A program made the translations under genes and the position numbers. From an uncultured delta proteobacterium (GTDB taxonomy: Bacteria > Desulfobacterota > RBG-13-43-22), in contig CAWJJC010000020.1 in assembly GCA_963843145.1 (NCBI GenBank), positions 704,001 to 768,000 on the forward strand: DNA of 64,000 nucleotides, in the 5' to 3' direction. Positions 39,525-49,290 of the stretch are shown here, piece after piece; positions within the stretch are counted from its first letter, which is position 1, and each line of letters begins with the position of its first letter. Under the pieces are notes generated by a model. That model ran no database searches, was not told where the DNA came from, and was given only the letters and a program-made list of their open reading frames with translations.

Positions 39525-39872
39525 TTATCGCCGCCCAAATCCGGACGGCTTTCTCCTTTTAGGACGATTGATCTTTTCGAACAAGGCAACTTGCTCAACC
39601 AGAGAAAGTTTTACCCGAACCGGTTTCCGGCCGGCCCGGCAGAGGCGGCAGCGGTCCTGGGAACAACCTTGACAGTAATGGCAATCCGGGCATTTTTTTC
39701 GTTTCTTTCCGGTCGGATGACCGGCCGAGGGTCGGATCTCTTCAAAGGGTATTAATCGCTGGCTTTGGCCCGGTCCGGTTATTCCGCTTGTTTTTTCCCT
39801 TAGCGCGCTGCGCGCTGCGCTGAGCGTCTTTTTTTTAACGCCCGGGCTTTTTGTTTTTACCCCGCTGCTCAT
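39525..39872 (-). CDS. Small basic Cys-rich protein, possible Zn/Fe-S binder
   Basis: CPDCHYCQGCSQDRCRLC; GAGGG RBS; stop 3 nt before the fusion start. Confidence 0.65.
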   Translation of the reverse strand: MSSGVKTKSPGVKKKTLSAARSALREKTSGITGPGQSQRLIPFEEIRPSAGHPTGKKRKKCPDCHYCQGCSQDRCRLCRAGRKPVRVKLSLVEQVALFEKINRPKRRKPSGFGRR

Positions 39873-39911
39873 ACCCTCTGCGCTAGACTTACAGTACTCC
39901 GCCCCTGATGG

Positions 39912-41741
39912 CTATTCCACCGTTACGCTCTTAGCCAGGTTTCTGGGCTGATCCACATCCGTGCCCCGCAGCACGGCGACGTGGTAGGCCAGAAGCTGCA
40001 GTGGGATGGTGAAGAGGATCGGGGAAAGCGTCCAATGGATCTTAGGGACCCGCAGCAGGTCATCCGCTCCGATCCTGAACCCGGCCCCTTCCTCCTGATC
40101 GGTCAGGGCGATGATCTTCCCGCCCCGGGCCTTGACCTCCTGCAGGTTGCTTTGCACCTTTTCCAGGATCTCGTTTTCCGGCAACAAAAGAACCGTGGGC
40201 AGGTCCTCATCAATCAACGCAATGGGACCATGTTTCATCTCCCCGGCCGGATAGCCTTCGGCATGGATATAAGAAATTTCTTTGAGTTTTAAGGCCCCCT
40301 CCAGGGCGATGGGGTAATGAATCCCCCGTCCCAGAAAAAGAAAGTCCTGGGCCTGAAAGTACCTTTGGGCCACCGCCTGAATCAGCCCTTCTTTTTCCAG
40401 AATCTCCTCGACGCCGCGGGGCAGAAGCAACAGGTCCCGGGCGACCCGGAGGCGCTCTTCCGTTGAAACGCAACCCAGCTCCTGGCCGATATGCAGGCTC
40501 AGGAGCGTTAGGGCGACCAATTGGGTGGTAAAGGCCTTGGTGGAGGCCACCCCGATCTCCGGTCCGGCGTGCGTATAAATTACCCCGTCCGCTTCCCGGG
40601 CCAGGGTACTGCCCACCACGTTGCAGATGGCCAGGATCCGGGCGCCCTTGGCCCGTCCTTCCCGCATAGCGGCCAGGGTATCGGCGGTCTCGCCGGATTG
40701 GGAGATCAGAATAATCAGGGTCTGGGGATTGATGATCGGGTTCCGATAACGGTATTCGGAACCGTAATCCACCTCCACCGGGAGGCGGCAGTATTCCTCA
40801 ATAAGAAACTTGGCCACCAGTCCGGCATGCCAGGAGGTCCCGCAGGCCACAATGACCACCCTGCTGATCTTCCGGAGTTCCCCGGCCTCCAGCCCGAACT
40901 CCGGCAGCGTCACCTGCCCGGTTTCCGGTGAAATCCTGCCTCGGAAAGTATCAATGATACATTGGGGTTGCTCAAAAATTTCCTTCTGCATGAAGTGCTT
41001 GAAGCCGGCCTTCTCGGCCATAACCGGATTCCAGGAAATCTTCTGAACCGGCTTTTCAATTTTTTCTTTTTTCCAGTTGAATATCGCGGGTTGAGGCAAG
41101 GTCAGGACGGCCAGGTCCCCATCTTCCAGGTAAATGACCCGGTCGGTATGATGCAAAAAAGCCAGGACATCGGAAGCTACGAAAAGCTCGCCTTCCCCAA
41201 GACCGATGATCAGCGGGCATTCTTTCCGCACGGCAATCATGGTCCGGGGGTCTTTTTGATGGAGGATCACCAGGGCATAGGACCCCTTAATATCCTCCAG
41301 TGCTCTCCGGACCGCCTGAACCAGATCCAGATCCCGGACGTATTTATCGATGAGATGCGCCACGATCTCCGAATCGGTTTCCGAAGAAAAGCGATGCCCT
41401 TCCCCAATGAGTTGATTTTTCAGCTCCAGATAGTTCTCAATGATCCCGTTGTGGACCACGGCGATTTGTCCGGACACATGGGGGTGGGCATTGGTTTCCG
41501 AGGGCCGTCCATGGGTAGCCCAGCGGGTATGACCGATACCGATTCGGCCGACCAGGGGATCACGGGCCAGGATCTCCCCCAACTTGTTTAATTTGCCCTC
41601 GCTGCGGCGAATGGCAAACCCTTCGTCCTGAATCACCGCAATCCCGGCCGAGTCATACCCCCGATATTCCAGGCGCTGCAACCCCTCATAGATGATCCCC
41701 ACCGGATCCTTAGGCCCCAAATACCCTATAATCCCACACAT
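39912..41741 (-). CDS. glmS: Glutamine-fructose-6-phosphate aminotransferase
   Basis: MCGI, LEYRGYDSAG, GHTRWATHG, C-terminal PRNLAKSVTVE. Confidence 0.99.
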   Translation of the reverse strand: MCGIIGYLGPKDPVGIIYEGLQRLEYRGYDSAGIAVIQDEGFAIRRSEGKLNKLGEILARDPLVGRIGIGHTRWATHGRPSETNAHPHVSGQIAVVHNGIIENYLELKNQLIGEGHRFSSETDSEIVAHLIDKYVRDLDLVQAVRRALEDIKGSYALVILHQKDPRTMIAVRKECPLIIGLGEGELFVASDVLAFLHHTDRVIYLEDGDLAVLTLPQPAIFNWKKEKIEKPVQKISWNPVMAEKAGFKHFMQKEIFEQPQCIIDTFRGRISPETGQVTLPEFGLEAGELRKISRVVIVACGTSWHAGLVAKFLIEEYCRLPVEVDYGSEYRYRNPIINPQTLIILISQSGETADTLAAMREGRAKGARILAICNVVGSTLAREADGVIYTHAGPEIGVASTKAFTTQLVALTLLSLHIGQELGCVSTEERLRVARDLLLLPRGVEEILEKEGLIQAVAQRYFQAQDFLFLGRGIHYPIALEGALKLKEISYIHAEGYPAGEMKHGPIALIDEDLPTVLLLPENEILEKVQSNLQEVKARGGKIIALTDQEEGAGFRIGADDLLRVPKIHWTLSPILFTIPLQLLAYHVAVLRGTDVDQPRNLAKSVTVE

Positions 41742-41770
41742 AGTGACACCTCGTCCTTATTATTTGTCTC

Positions 41771-41909
41771 TTCGCCCTTTTGGGTGGGTACCCCGACCCC
41801 AACTTCTGGTATGGCCGTCGGGTCTTGCCGAAAGGGTTTTCCAAAAGTACTCCCGACTTCGAATCCGGGCAAAAGTTACTAATTGCGATTACCCATCCAA
41901 GAGGGCGAA
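41771..41909. repeat. 139-bp MITE/REP-like element with terminal inverted repeats
   Basis: TTCGCCCTTTTGGGTGGGTA ... TACCCATCCAAGAGGGCGAA; about 110 bp highly similar to the reverse complement of 12495-12600. Confidence 0.85.
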
Positions 41910-41913
41910 AACC

Positions 41914-42918
41914 TCATATCTTAATAACAGGAACGTCCGTTTTCCGAGCGGTTACCCTTCGATCTTTGATATGGGAAAAAGGAGGCACGCTGACGCTCTC
42001 TTCCAGAACAGCATTTTCAAGGATTACCTGGGAAGACACCAGACAGCGTCTGCCAATGCGTGTTCGACCTGCGATAACCGTGAAGGGTCCAATGGTGGTG
42101 TCCGGGCCGATTTTAACGGTCTTTTCGATATAGGTATTTTCCGGATCCAATAAAGTGACCCCTTGTTTCATCCATTCCTCGTTGATTTGCCTTCTCAGGA
42201 TCAGGCCGGCTCGGGCCAATTCCGTTCGATCATTGATCCCCAGCACTTCCTCGGATTGAGGATGGAGCAACACCGAAACCGACTGCCCGGATTCCCGGGC
42301 CAGTTGAATGACATCGGTCAAATAATATTCCCCCTGCCGGTTTTTTCGGGAGAGCTTAGGCAGGGCGGAAAAAAGAAATCCGGAGTCAAAGCAATAGATC
42401 CCGGCATTCACTTCCTGAATCAGACGTTCTTCCGGGGTGGCATCTTTTTCCTCAACGATTCGCTTTAGGTCGCCCTGGGGATCCCGGAGGATGCGACCGT
42501 AGCCCAGCGGCTGAAGTAAACGGGTGCTTAACAGCGTAACCGGGGATTTCTTCTTCCGGTGGGTTCGAATGATTTTTCCCAGGGTCTCCTTCTTGAGCAG
42601 AGGGACGTCTCCGGACAAGACCAGGATTATTCCGGGAAAGGAATTCAAAATCCTGGAGGTCTGCCGCACCGCGTGGCCGGTCCCCAACTGGGGGTCCTGG
42701 GTGACGAAGGTCAAACCTGGACGGTCAAAGGCCTGCCGCACATTTTCCGCCTGATGGCCGATGACCACCACCGTTTTTTCGGGCCTCAGGGCGTTGGCCG
42801 CGTCCAAAACGTAGCCTAATAACGGCCGCCCCAACAAAGGATGGAGGACTTTGGCCCGGTCCGATTTCATCCGGGTCCCTTTTCCGGCCGCTAAAATGAT
42901 AATCGCTAAGGAAGGCAT
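41914..42918 (-). CDS. glmU: GlmU-like N-acetylglucosamine-1-phosphate uridyltransferase with truncated left-handed beta-helix domain
   Basis: LAAGKGTRMKS, QLGTGHA, GDVP, GYGRI, EYYLTD, GINDR; only a few hexapeptide turns, ends at 334 aa. Confidence 0.88.
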   Translation of the reverse strand: MPSLAIIILAAGKGTRMKSDRAKVLHPLLGRPLLGYVLDAANALRPEKTVVVIGHQAENVRQAFDRPGLTFVTQDPQLGTGHAVRQTSRILNSFPGIILVLSGDVPLLKKETLGKIIRTHRKKKSPVTLLSTRLLQPLGYGRILRDPQGDLKRIVEEKDATPEERLIQEVNAGIYCFDSGFLFSALPKLSRKNRQGEYYLTDVIQLARESGQSVSVLLHPQSEEVLGINDRTELARAGLILRRQINEEWMKQGVTLLDPENTYIEKTVKIGPDTTIGPFTVIAGRTRIGRRCLVSSQVILENAVLEESVSVPPFSHIKDRRVTARKTDVPVIKI

Positions 42919-42970
42919 AGTTTTTTTTAATGCCGCCGGCTAAAAAAGGCAAGGCAAAAGAAAGAATCCA

Positions 42971-44728
42971 TCAACTTACGGGCCGCAGGATGATAAACCC
43001 GGAAACAAATCTGGGGTCTGCTTTCCCGCCGGCCGGGATCCTTCCCAGTTCGGCCTCCAGTTTACTAATCAGGAACTCCAGCCACCAGCGCAGAACTTCG
43101 TCTTCAGCCGGCGATAACTCCGGGCCCTTATCCGTGAATAAGCGATAGCCGAGCTGAAAAACTTTTGACCCGGCTGGAGTAAGTCCGGCTTCCGGGTTTT
43201 GTTCGAAAAGCAAACCCTTCACCCGCTTCCAATCTTCAACGGTCAACGGTTGCAACACGGTCTGTCCGCGTAGCATCCGGTTAGCCAAGACGGTCAAACA
43301 AACAGCGCTTAGCGGGGGATCGGGTTGATAAAGAGAAACCGTGCCAAGGCGATTGATCTCCTCCGCGGCGACCCCCAGGCGCTGGGAGATCAATCGGCCC
43401 AGTTCGGCCAGTTTATCCAGCAACGCCCCGGTCTCTGCGAGTGCCCTCAAGTCCTGGAAAGGACGGTAATTCCCGCCTCCGGATTGATCATAATACAGCG
43501 GCCTTTTAAAAAGAAGGCCCCGGATCGTTTCCTTGAAAGGCGAATCCAGTACCTCCTCCCGCAGGAGGATATCCCGGTACCATTCCCCGCTGCGAATAAT
43601 GGCTTCCGCCCGGAATTTCAGTTCCAAACCCAGGCTGTGCCCGGTTTGAAAAACCCGGAGGAGGGGGATACTCCTCAGGATCTCTCCGGCCGTCCCCAAA
43701 TCATCCCGACTTAAATGGCGCAACCCCAGATCCAGGAATTGGAAGGCCTTTTGGACCGATTGGTAGATCGGCGCCGGCTCATTCACCTCGGCGCCGTCGG
43801 CCACCAAAATCTGATTGGCCAGGTGCGCCAGTTCCCATTTGATTCGAGTGATCTCCCCTTCCTCCACCCCCCGGTTCAAGGCGGCGTAAAGGAACGTTCC
43901 CTCCCCGGCGGATTCGAGGTGGCTGGGAGGATAAAAAGAGGCTTCCGGCAGGGACCGTTCCGGAAATTTCTCCTTACGAACCTGATCGCTGGGAACATAC
44001 TGGTAGATTTCCAGGGCCTCATAAAACTCGGGAAAACCCCGGTCGGCCAATCGTCCCCGGCGCCATTGAAGGGCGGTCTCTTCTTCTTCCAGCGGCAGGC
44101 GCAGGTGGACCCATTCCAACAAATTCTGATAATAGAGGGGGTCATCGGTACTCAGGAATTTCAGAAATCGGGTTATTAGAGGCGCATTCTTTCCACTTAG
44201 AAATTGCACATAATAATAGCCGTCCAGAGTAAAGCCGTTATTATCCAGGGATTCGCCTATTTCATCGTCCAGACTTTCCATTTTGACGACTCGGATCAGC
44301 TTCTGAAAAAGGGCCACGAGTAACTCGGAATCCACGGTGTCAAAAAGCTGTCTAAGTTTTTCCTCCCCGCAGGCCTCCAGCGTCTCCAGCCAAACGATGC
44401 TATTCTCCTGATTCAATTGATCTTTTTTCCAGAGGTCGAGGTCCAATAAATGGACGATTTGCTCCGGGGTGGCCAGGGAAATCAAATCAACGCTCTCCTT
44501 AATTCCCAACCCTTTGACGGTGAGGAACAGATCGGTTTCCGGGATCTGAGCCACCAGCTCCCTCGGATCGGGGGAGTTCAAGATAGATTCTAGCCGCTCC
44601 TCTAGGGGCAAAGAAAGAATGGCCCGGGTTTCTTCCGTTGAAGGAAAATAGCTCTGATCCACGAAAGGAAGTTCGGCGTCAAACCCGGCGGGTTCATCGT
44701 TAACTTGATTTTTTTCTTTTTCCGACAT
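42971..44728 (-). CDS. Conserved hypothetical protein (DUF6178-like)
   Basis: Acidic helical 585 aa; LDLDLWKKD, EE..L.WR.GRLADRGFP..EA..Y. Confidence 0.65.
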   Translation of the reverse strand: MSEKEKNQVNDEPAGFDAELPFVDQSYFPSTEETRAILSLPLEERLESILNSPDPRELVAQIPETDLFLTVKGLGIKESVDLISLATPEQIVHLLDLDLWKKDQLNQENSIVWLETLEACGEEKLRQLFDTVDSELLVALFQKLIRVVKMESLDDEIGESLDNNGFTLDGYYYVQFLSGKNAPLITRFLKFLSTDDPLYYQNLLEWVHLRLPLEEEETALQWRRGRLADRGFPEFYEALEIYQYVPSDQVRKEKFPERSLPEASFYPPSHLESAGEGTFLYAALNRGVEEGEITRIKWELAHLANQILVADGAEVNEPAPIYQSVQKAFQFLDLGLRHLSRDDLGTAGEILRSIPLLRVFQTGHSLGLELKFRAEAIIRSGEWYRDILLREEVLDSPFKETIRGLLFKRPLYYDQSGGGNYRPFQDLRALAETGALLDKLAELGRLISQRLGVAAEEINRLGTVSLYQPDPPLSAVCLTVLANRMLRGQTVLQPLTVEDWKRVKGLLFEQNPEAGLTPAGSKVFQLGYRLFTDKGPELSPAEDEVLRWWLEFLISKLEAELGRIPAGGKADPRFVSGFIILRPVS

Positions 44729-44852
44729 AGAGAATTCTACAATAATGGAGACCCGCCAAGCAAAAAGAGAAGAAGCCCCTCAGGCTCTCGACTCTTCGCC
44801 CTCTTGAGTGGGAGGGCCTTCAACCCACAATTCAACAGGGCGGGTTCCGAAC

Positions 44853-45137
44853 CTAGTGAAATTTCTGTTCGCCCTGGTCGACCACCTTTATTGGACCAAA
44901 TTGCCGTTCATACTTTTCCAGGTTATCCTCCAGGGCGTTGATGATCCTCCTCAAGTTGCTGGGGCTGACCATGATCCGGGAAACTAAAAACGTCCCACTG
45001 GGGGAGTTCAAAAGCCAGTCCAGGATGAACTCCTCTGGGCTGTGGGAAGCGATCAAGGAATTGCTGTAACGGCCGCGCATCATTTCGTCGCCGGTGTTGA
45101 TTTGGATCTGCTGAGACGGGTTGTTCGGGTTGGTCAT
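44853..45137 (-). CDS. DUF3467-like small protein
   Basis: GRYSN..SHS.EEFILD, SRI..SP, L..NL..YE..FG.I. Confidence 0.8.
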   Translation of the reverse strand: MTNPNNPSQQIQINTGDEMMRGRYSNSLIASHSPEEFILDWLLNSPSGTFLVSRIMVSPSNLRRIINALEDNLEKYERQFGPIKVVDQGEQKFH

Positions 45138-45227
45138 GGTGGCCCCCTTAAAATATCAAATTATTTCTTCAGTATATACTTTTATTGGTCGACAAAAAAG
45201 AGAAAACGCTTGACCACCAGAAGCCGG

Positions 45228-45707
45228 CTATGCTCTTGCCCTCGGCCCTCCTTGGCCGGCAGAGGCCACCACGACCAAAGGTATTGGTTCAACAACCTGG
45301 AGCCTGCTTACCGTAAACGTAGACCCCCGGGGCTTGTAGGCCACGCAGTCGATCTCCACGGCTCCGCCCAGGGCGAGTTCCACCCTTCCCACCGTTATCC
45401 GCGCCGGGGGATCCGTCCCCATGACCGCCAGGTAGGCCTGGTTCATCTCGGCAAAAGTCCCCATGTCGGCCAGGAAGACGTTGACCTTGACCACGTCTTC
45501 CAGCGCGGCGTCGCAGGCCCGCAGGATGGTTTCGATGTGCCGCAGGGTCTGCGTGGTCTGCGGACCGGTTCCGCCCTCTACCAGTTCCAGGGTATTGGGT
45601 TTGGTGCCCAGAATTCCGGAGACATAAATGAAATCACCGGCCATCACCGCGTGGCAGAAGGCCGGCAGCCTGGCCAGCCCTTCCACGATAACTTTTTTTC
45701 CAGCCAT
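45228..45707 (-). CDS. RidA/YjgF family reactive-intermediate deaminase
   Basis: IYVSG, VVKVNVFL.DM..F..MN..Y, PPARITV, VEID.VA; C-terminal extension. Confidence 0.9.
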   Translation of the reverse strand: MAGKKVIVEGLARLPAFCHAVMAGDFIYVSGILGTKPNTLELVEGGTGPQTTQTLRHIETILRACDAALEDVVKVNVFLADMGTFAEMNQAYLAVMGTDPPARITVGRVELALGGAVEIDCVAYKPRGSTFTVSRLQVVEPIPLVVVASAGQGGPRARA

Positions 45708-45746
45708 AATGCCCTCCTCCAATGTACTATAGATTGTAGGACCTTC

Positions 45747-45788
45747 GTAGGGAGTCAAAGTTCGGACGGCTCGGCGAAACCTCCCTAC
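45747..45788. repeat. GTAG-type REP-like palindrome
   Basis: GTAGGGAG-N26-CTCCCTAC, intergenic. Confidence 0.5.
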
Positions 45789-45838
45789 CACTATCGTGAC
45801 TCATGAACCCTCCGCCCCCTCTTCCGGCAGACAATGGA

Positions 45839-46630
45839 TCACCCGGCAGGGCGAAAATCGGCCACGACAGGCAGGTGGTCCGAGGCCAAAAGAGTCTTGC
45901 GGTTCCGAATCAAAGCGGCCCGCACCAGTTCGAGGTGTTTCTCAAAATAGATATGATCCAGGGATAGCAAGGGCAGCACCCCAGGGTAGGTCCGGTACCT
46001 GGACCAGCGGGTCTTAATCCGTACGCGCTGGAAATGGGTTCCCAAAAGGTGGGAAGCCAGCCCCGGTATCCATTCGTTAAAATCCCCCACAATGAGCCCG
46101 GCACCGATGCGCCGCCCTTCCTTCAGCATTTGCTGGTCAAAAAGTTTTTGGGCCTGCACTCGGCGCTCGTGAAAAGCCGTCCCCAGATGAAGATTATAGA
46201 CATGGAGCAGACGGCCGGATTCAAGTCGGAGGTCGGTTCGCAGGCAGCCCCTTTCTTCCCTCCCGGCATGACTGAGGTCATAGTGTTTTTCGAAAATCAC
46301 CGGAAAACGGCTCAGGGTGACATTCCCGTAGGCCCCTCCTCGGAGCCGGCGGGTTTCCCCGATCCGGAAATGAAAACCCAGCGCCTCGGCGATAAATCGG
46401 GCCTGGTGGGCTTCCGGCTCTTTACCCTCTACGCTTAAGACTTCCTGCAAGGCCACGATATCCGGTTTAAGGCCCTGAAGGATCTCGGCGACCCGTTGAA
46501 TTCGGTTGCGCCGGTCCATTCCCCGGCCCTTATGGATATTGTAAGTCATTACCCGAAAAAAATCGGGTTTCCCCTTCCGGGAGTCGGTTTCAGGATTCTG
46601 TGACTGAAATTTCGTTGTCTTGGTCATCAC
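45839..46630 (-). CDS. Endonuclease/exonuclease/phosphatase family protein (YbhP-like)
   Basis: TYNIHKG, ALQEV, YGN..LSR, GDFNEW, LDHIY, ASDHLP. Confidence 0.9.
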   Translation of the reverse strand: MMTKTTKFQSQNPETDSRKGKPDFFRVMTYNIHKGRGMDRRNRIQRVAEILQGLKPDIVALQEVLSVEGKEPEAHQARFIAEALGFHFRIGETRRLRGGAYGNVTLSRFPVIFEKHYDLSHAGREERGCLRTDLRLESGRLLHVYNLHLGTAFHERRVQAQKLFDQQMLKEGRRIGAGLIVGDFNEWIPGLASHLLGTHFQRVRIKTRWSRYRTYPGVLPLLSLDHIYFEKHLELVRAALIRNRKTLLASDHLPVVADFRPAG

Positions 46631-48074
46631 TCTTTTTTTCCCGGAACAGCTTAAACGTCCGGATCAATAGGGACCAGGCGATCCAGACGCAAAAGACGAT
46701 TAAGGGGAGGGTAGCCCACCGGGGCCAGAAGATCAAAAGCAGGGAGACGATCAGCAGCAGCACCCCGGCCAGGCCGGTGATCCTGGCTTCTGCGGCGCCC
46801 AAGAGGCGGTGGTTGGTCATGGCCGCCCCCACGGTGCCGCTGAGCCGGATGGCCCGAATTCCCGCCCGCCCTACACTGCCCGAACTGAAGGATCGGTCAA
46901 GAAAGGTTCGTCGCGGAGAGGCCGACGAAAGGCTAACCCTACCTCGCGGGCTGATGACCACTTCCGTGGACGACCTCAGGTCTTCCTCATACATATTTTC
47001 CATGGTCCGGGCGAAGGTCTGGTCCTCCACGGCCACATCCAGTTCGTAATTGCCCATCCAACTGGCGATATTCAAGTTGGTGGAACCCACTCGGGCCCAA
47101 CGGCCGTCGGCCACGGCCGTTTTGGCGTGAATCATGGGGCCGTTCCATTCAAAAACCCGGACTCCGGCTTCCAATAAAGGCTGGTAGGCCGCCCTGGAAA
47201 TTCCCCGCAGAAGGGGAATATCCGTGGCCCCGGGAAGCAGGAGGCGCACATCCACACCGTCCTGGGCGGCCGCCCGTAGGGCCTGAACATACGAACTGGT
47301 CCCAATAAAATAGGCGTCGGTCAACCACAAGGTCCGCCGGGCCAGAGCGGCGATCAGCAGGTCCAAGCGGTAGAGGCCGGCCGTGGAGGGAACGGTGCCG
47401 ATCACCCGCAGGGCGACGCTTCCGGCCGGCTGGATCCGGTCCGGAGAAGGGACCTCCTCGGGCGGCAAGGGTTCGCCCACGGTAGCCCAGACCTCGTCAA
47501 AGGATCGTTCCAGATCGAGCAGGGCCGGGCCCCTGACCTCCACGCCGGTATCCCGCCAGGGTTCAATCCCCTTTTCGGGTTCACCGGCCCACATCCGCCC
47601 TACGCATAAACCGGTGACAAAGGCCACACGACCGTCAACGGCGATCATCTTGCGGTGGTCCCGGGTGATCCAGCCCAGCGGGCTGTCCCAGTGAGGCGGA
47701 TTGAAACAACGCACCTCCACACCCGTATCCCGCAGGTATTTCCAGAATCGTCTGGAGGTCTTGCCGAAGCCGCCAACCCAGTCATAGAGGAGTCGGACCT
47801 TGACCCCTTCCCGGGCCTTGGCGGTCAATATTTCGGCGAACCGACGGCCGACTTCATCTTCGTGGATAAGGTAGCTCTCGAAATGGATGAACTTCCGAGC
47901 CGAAAGCAGGGCCTCTATCCAGGCCGGGTAATTTTCCCGAGCATCCTTTAAGAGACGGAGGGCGTTTCCGCTAACCAGGGGAGCGCCGGCCGTCCGGGAG
48001 AGGACTTGCTCGGCCAATTGCCGGACAGGCAGGGTTGATTCCCGGGACGAAGGGGTGGGGTACTTCGGATCCAT
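46590..48074 (-). CDS. Cardiolipin synthase (ClsB-like PLD) with C-terminal TM hairpin
   Basis: Two HKD motifs ([18 protein letters not shown]), WRDT, VGSTNLN; start uncertain. Confidence 0.88.
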   Translation of the reverse strand: MDPKYPTPSSRESTLPVRQLAEQVLSRTAGAPLVSGNALRLLKDARENYPAWIEALLSARKFIHFESYLIHEDEVGRRFAEILTAKAREGVKVRLLYDWVGGFGKTSRRFWKYLRDTGVEVRCFNPPHWDSPLGWITRDHRKMIAVDGRVAFVTGLCVGRMWAGEPEKGIEPWRDTGVEVRGPALLDLERSFDEVWATVGEPLPPEEVPSPDRIQPAGSVALRVIGTVPSTAGLYRLDLLIAALARRTLWLTDAYFIGTSSYVQALRAAAQDGVDVRLLLPGATDIPLLRGISRAAYQPLLEAGVRVFEWNGPMIHAKTAVADGRWARVGSTNLNIASWMGNYELDVAVEDQTFARTMENMYEEDLRSSTEVVISPRGRVSLSSASPRRTFLDRSFSSGSVGRAGIRAIRLSGTVGAAMTNHRLLGAAEARITGLAGVLLLIVSLLLIFWPRWATLPLIVFCVWIAWSLLIRTFKLFREKKSDDQDNEISVTES

Positions 48075-48129
48075 ATAGATTCTATTTATCATAGGGCGGG
48101 TCAGGGGACAATCGTTTTCGCCAGTGATA

Positions 48130-49290
48130 TCAAGTTGTCTCCACCGTGCCCCGCAGGATCCGGACCCGCAATCCTCCATGAGATAACGATATTCCTTGAT
48201 CAAATCTCAACCCGGTATTCCGAGTCAAGGGAAGACTCGAGCTAAGGAGAGCGACCTGCCAGCCCGGACACTTTGATTGCAGGACCTTGCCGAATTGGGC
48301 ATAGAGGTTCCTCAGGTCTTTTTGCCGGCTGACCCGAACCCCAAAGGGCGGGTTGGTAACCACCCAGCCGGGTCCCGCCGGCACCTCAATCGACGAAACG
48401 GCCCGGCAGGAAAATTCGATGAGGCGGCCCACCCCGGCCCTTTCGGCATTTTCCCGGGCGGTCTTGATCACCCCCTGATCCCGGTCCGATCCGCTGAGGC
48501 TGGGGGTAAAACCCTTCAACCTGGGGACGGGGGTATTCAAAAGAGACTGCCATTTCTGGGCCTCAAAAGAGGGCCAGTTCATAAAGGCAAAGGGCCGGTT
48601 CAATCCCGGCGGAATGTTATAAGCCTGCAAGGCGGCTTCAATGGGGATGGTGCCGGAACCGCAAAAAGGGTCTATCAAGGGAGAAGCCCCGTCCCATCCG
48701 GAGGCCAGGAGCAGTCCCGAAGCCAGGGTTTCTCTCAGCGGGGCCTTCCCCCCCGCCAGCCGGTATCCTCTTCGATGGAGCAACGATCCCGAAGAATCGA
48801 GACTGACGGTCACCTGGTCATTTACCACCCGGGCCATGATGATTTGCGGCCCTGGGAATGTTTCGTTTTCCTCCCCCGCCTGAACGGAGGGAAGTCGACC
48901 CAACCGGTCGGTAATGGCCCCGGCCAGACGCTCGGCCACGGCCTTCTGGTGATACAGTCGGGATTGGTGGCAGGTGACCCGGAAAACTACCGGGCTCCCG
49001 GGTGGGAGAACCTCTTCCCAGGGAAGTTGACCGGCCTTGCGGCGCAACTCGCTGAACGCGGCCGCGCGAAAAGTCCCGAAGCGGACCAATATCCGATCGG
49101 CGGTCCGCAAATTAAGATTCGCCCGATAGAGATCCGTCAGCTCCCCCGAAAAGGAAATCCCGCCGATCTCCTCAACGGCCGGGTGCTCCGGCGCTGATGA
49201 ACCCGGGTCTGGAGGAAAGAGCCCCAGGACCTCCAGCTCGTGTGCGGTAAAAGACTCTAATCCTGGAGTACAGACGGCGAAAAATTCCAT
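48130..49290 (-). CDS. THUMP-domain rRNA methyltransferase (RlmL/YpsC-like)
   Basis: [35 protein letters not shown]. Confidence 0.88.
   Translation of the reverse strand: MEFFAVCTPGLESFTAHELEVLGLFPPDPGSSAPEHPAVEEIGGISFSGELTDLYRANLNLRTADRILVRFGTFRAAAFSELRRKAGQLPWEEVLPPGSPVVFRVTCHQSRLYHQKAVAERLAGAITDRLGRLPSVQAGEENETFPGPQIIMARVVNDQVTVSLDSSGSLLHRRGYRLAGGKAPLRETLASGLLLASGWDGASPLIDPFCGSGTIPIEAALQAYNIPPGLNRPFAFMNWPSFEAQKWQSLLNTPVPRLKGFTPSLSGSDRDQGVIKTARENAERAGVGRLIEFSCRAVSSIEVPAGPGWVVTNPPFGVRVSRQKDLRNLYAQFGKVLQSKCPGWQVALLSSSLPLTRNTGLRFDQGISLSHGGLRVRILRGTVETT

Noticed and set aside
41742-41913. glmS ribozyme upstream of glmS
   Set aside because: No AGCGCC core; the lone GACGAGG is part of the RBS and the spacer is explained by the repeat
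38892-49197. Long antisense ORFs (e.g. 38892-39755, 45042-45806, 48277-49197)
   Set aside because: Shadow frames opposite well-supported genes in GC-rich DNA
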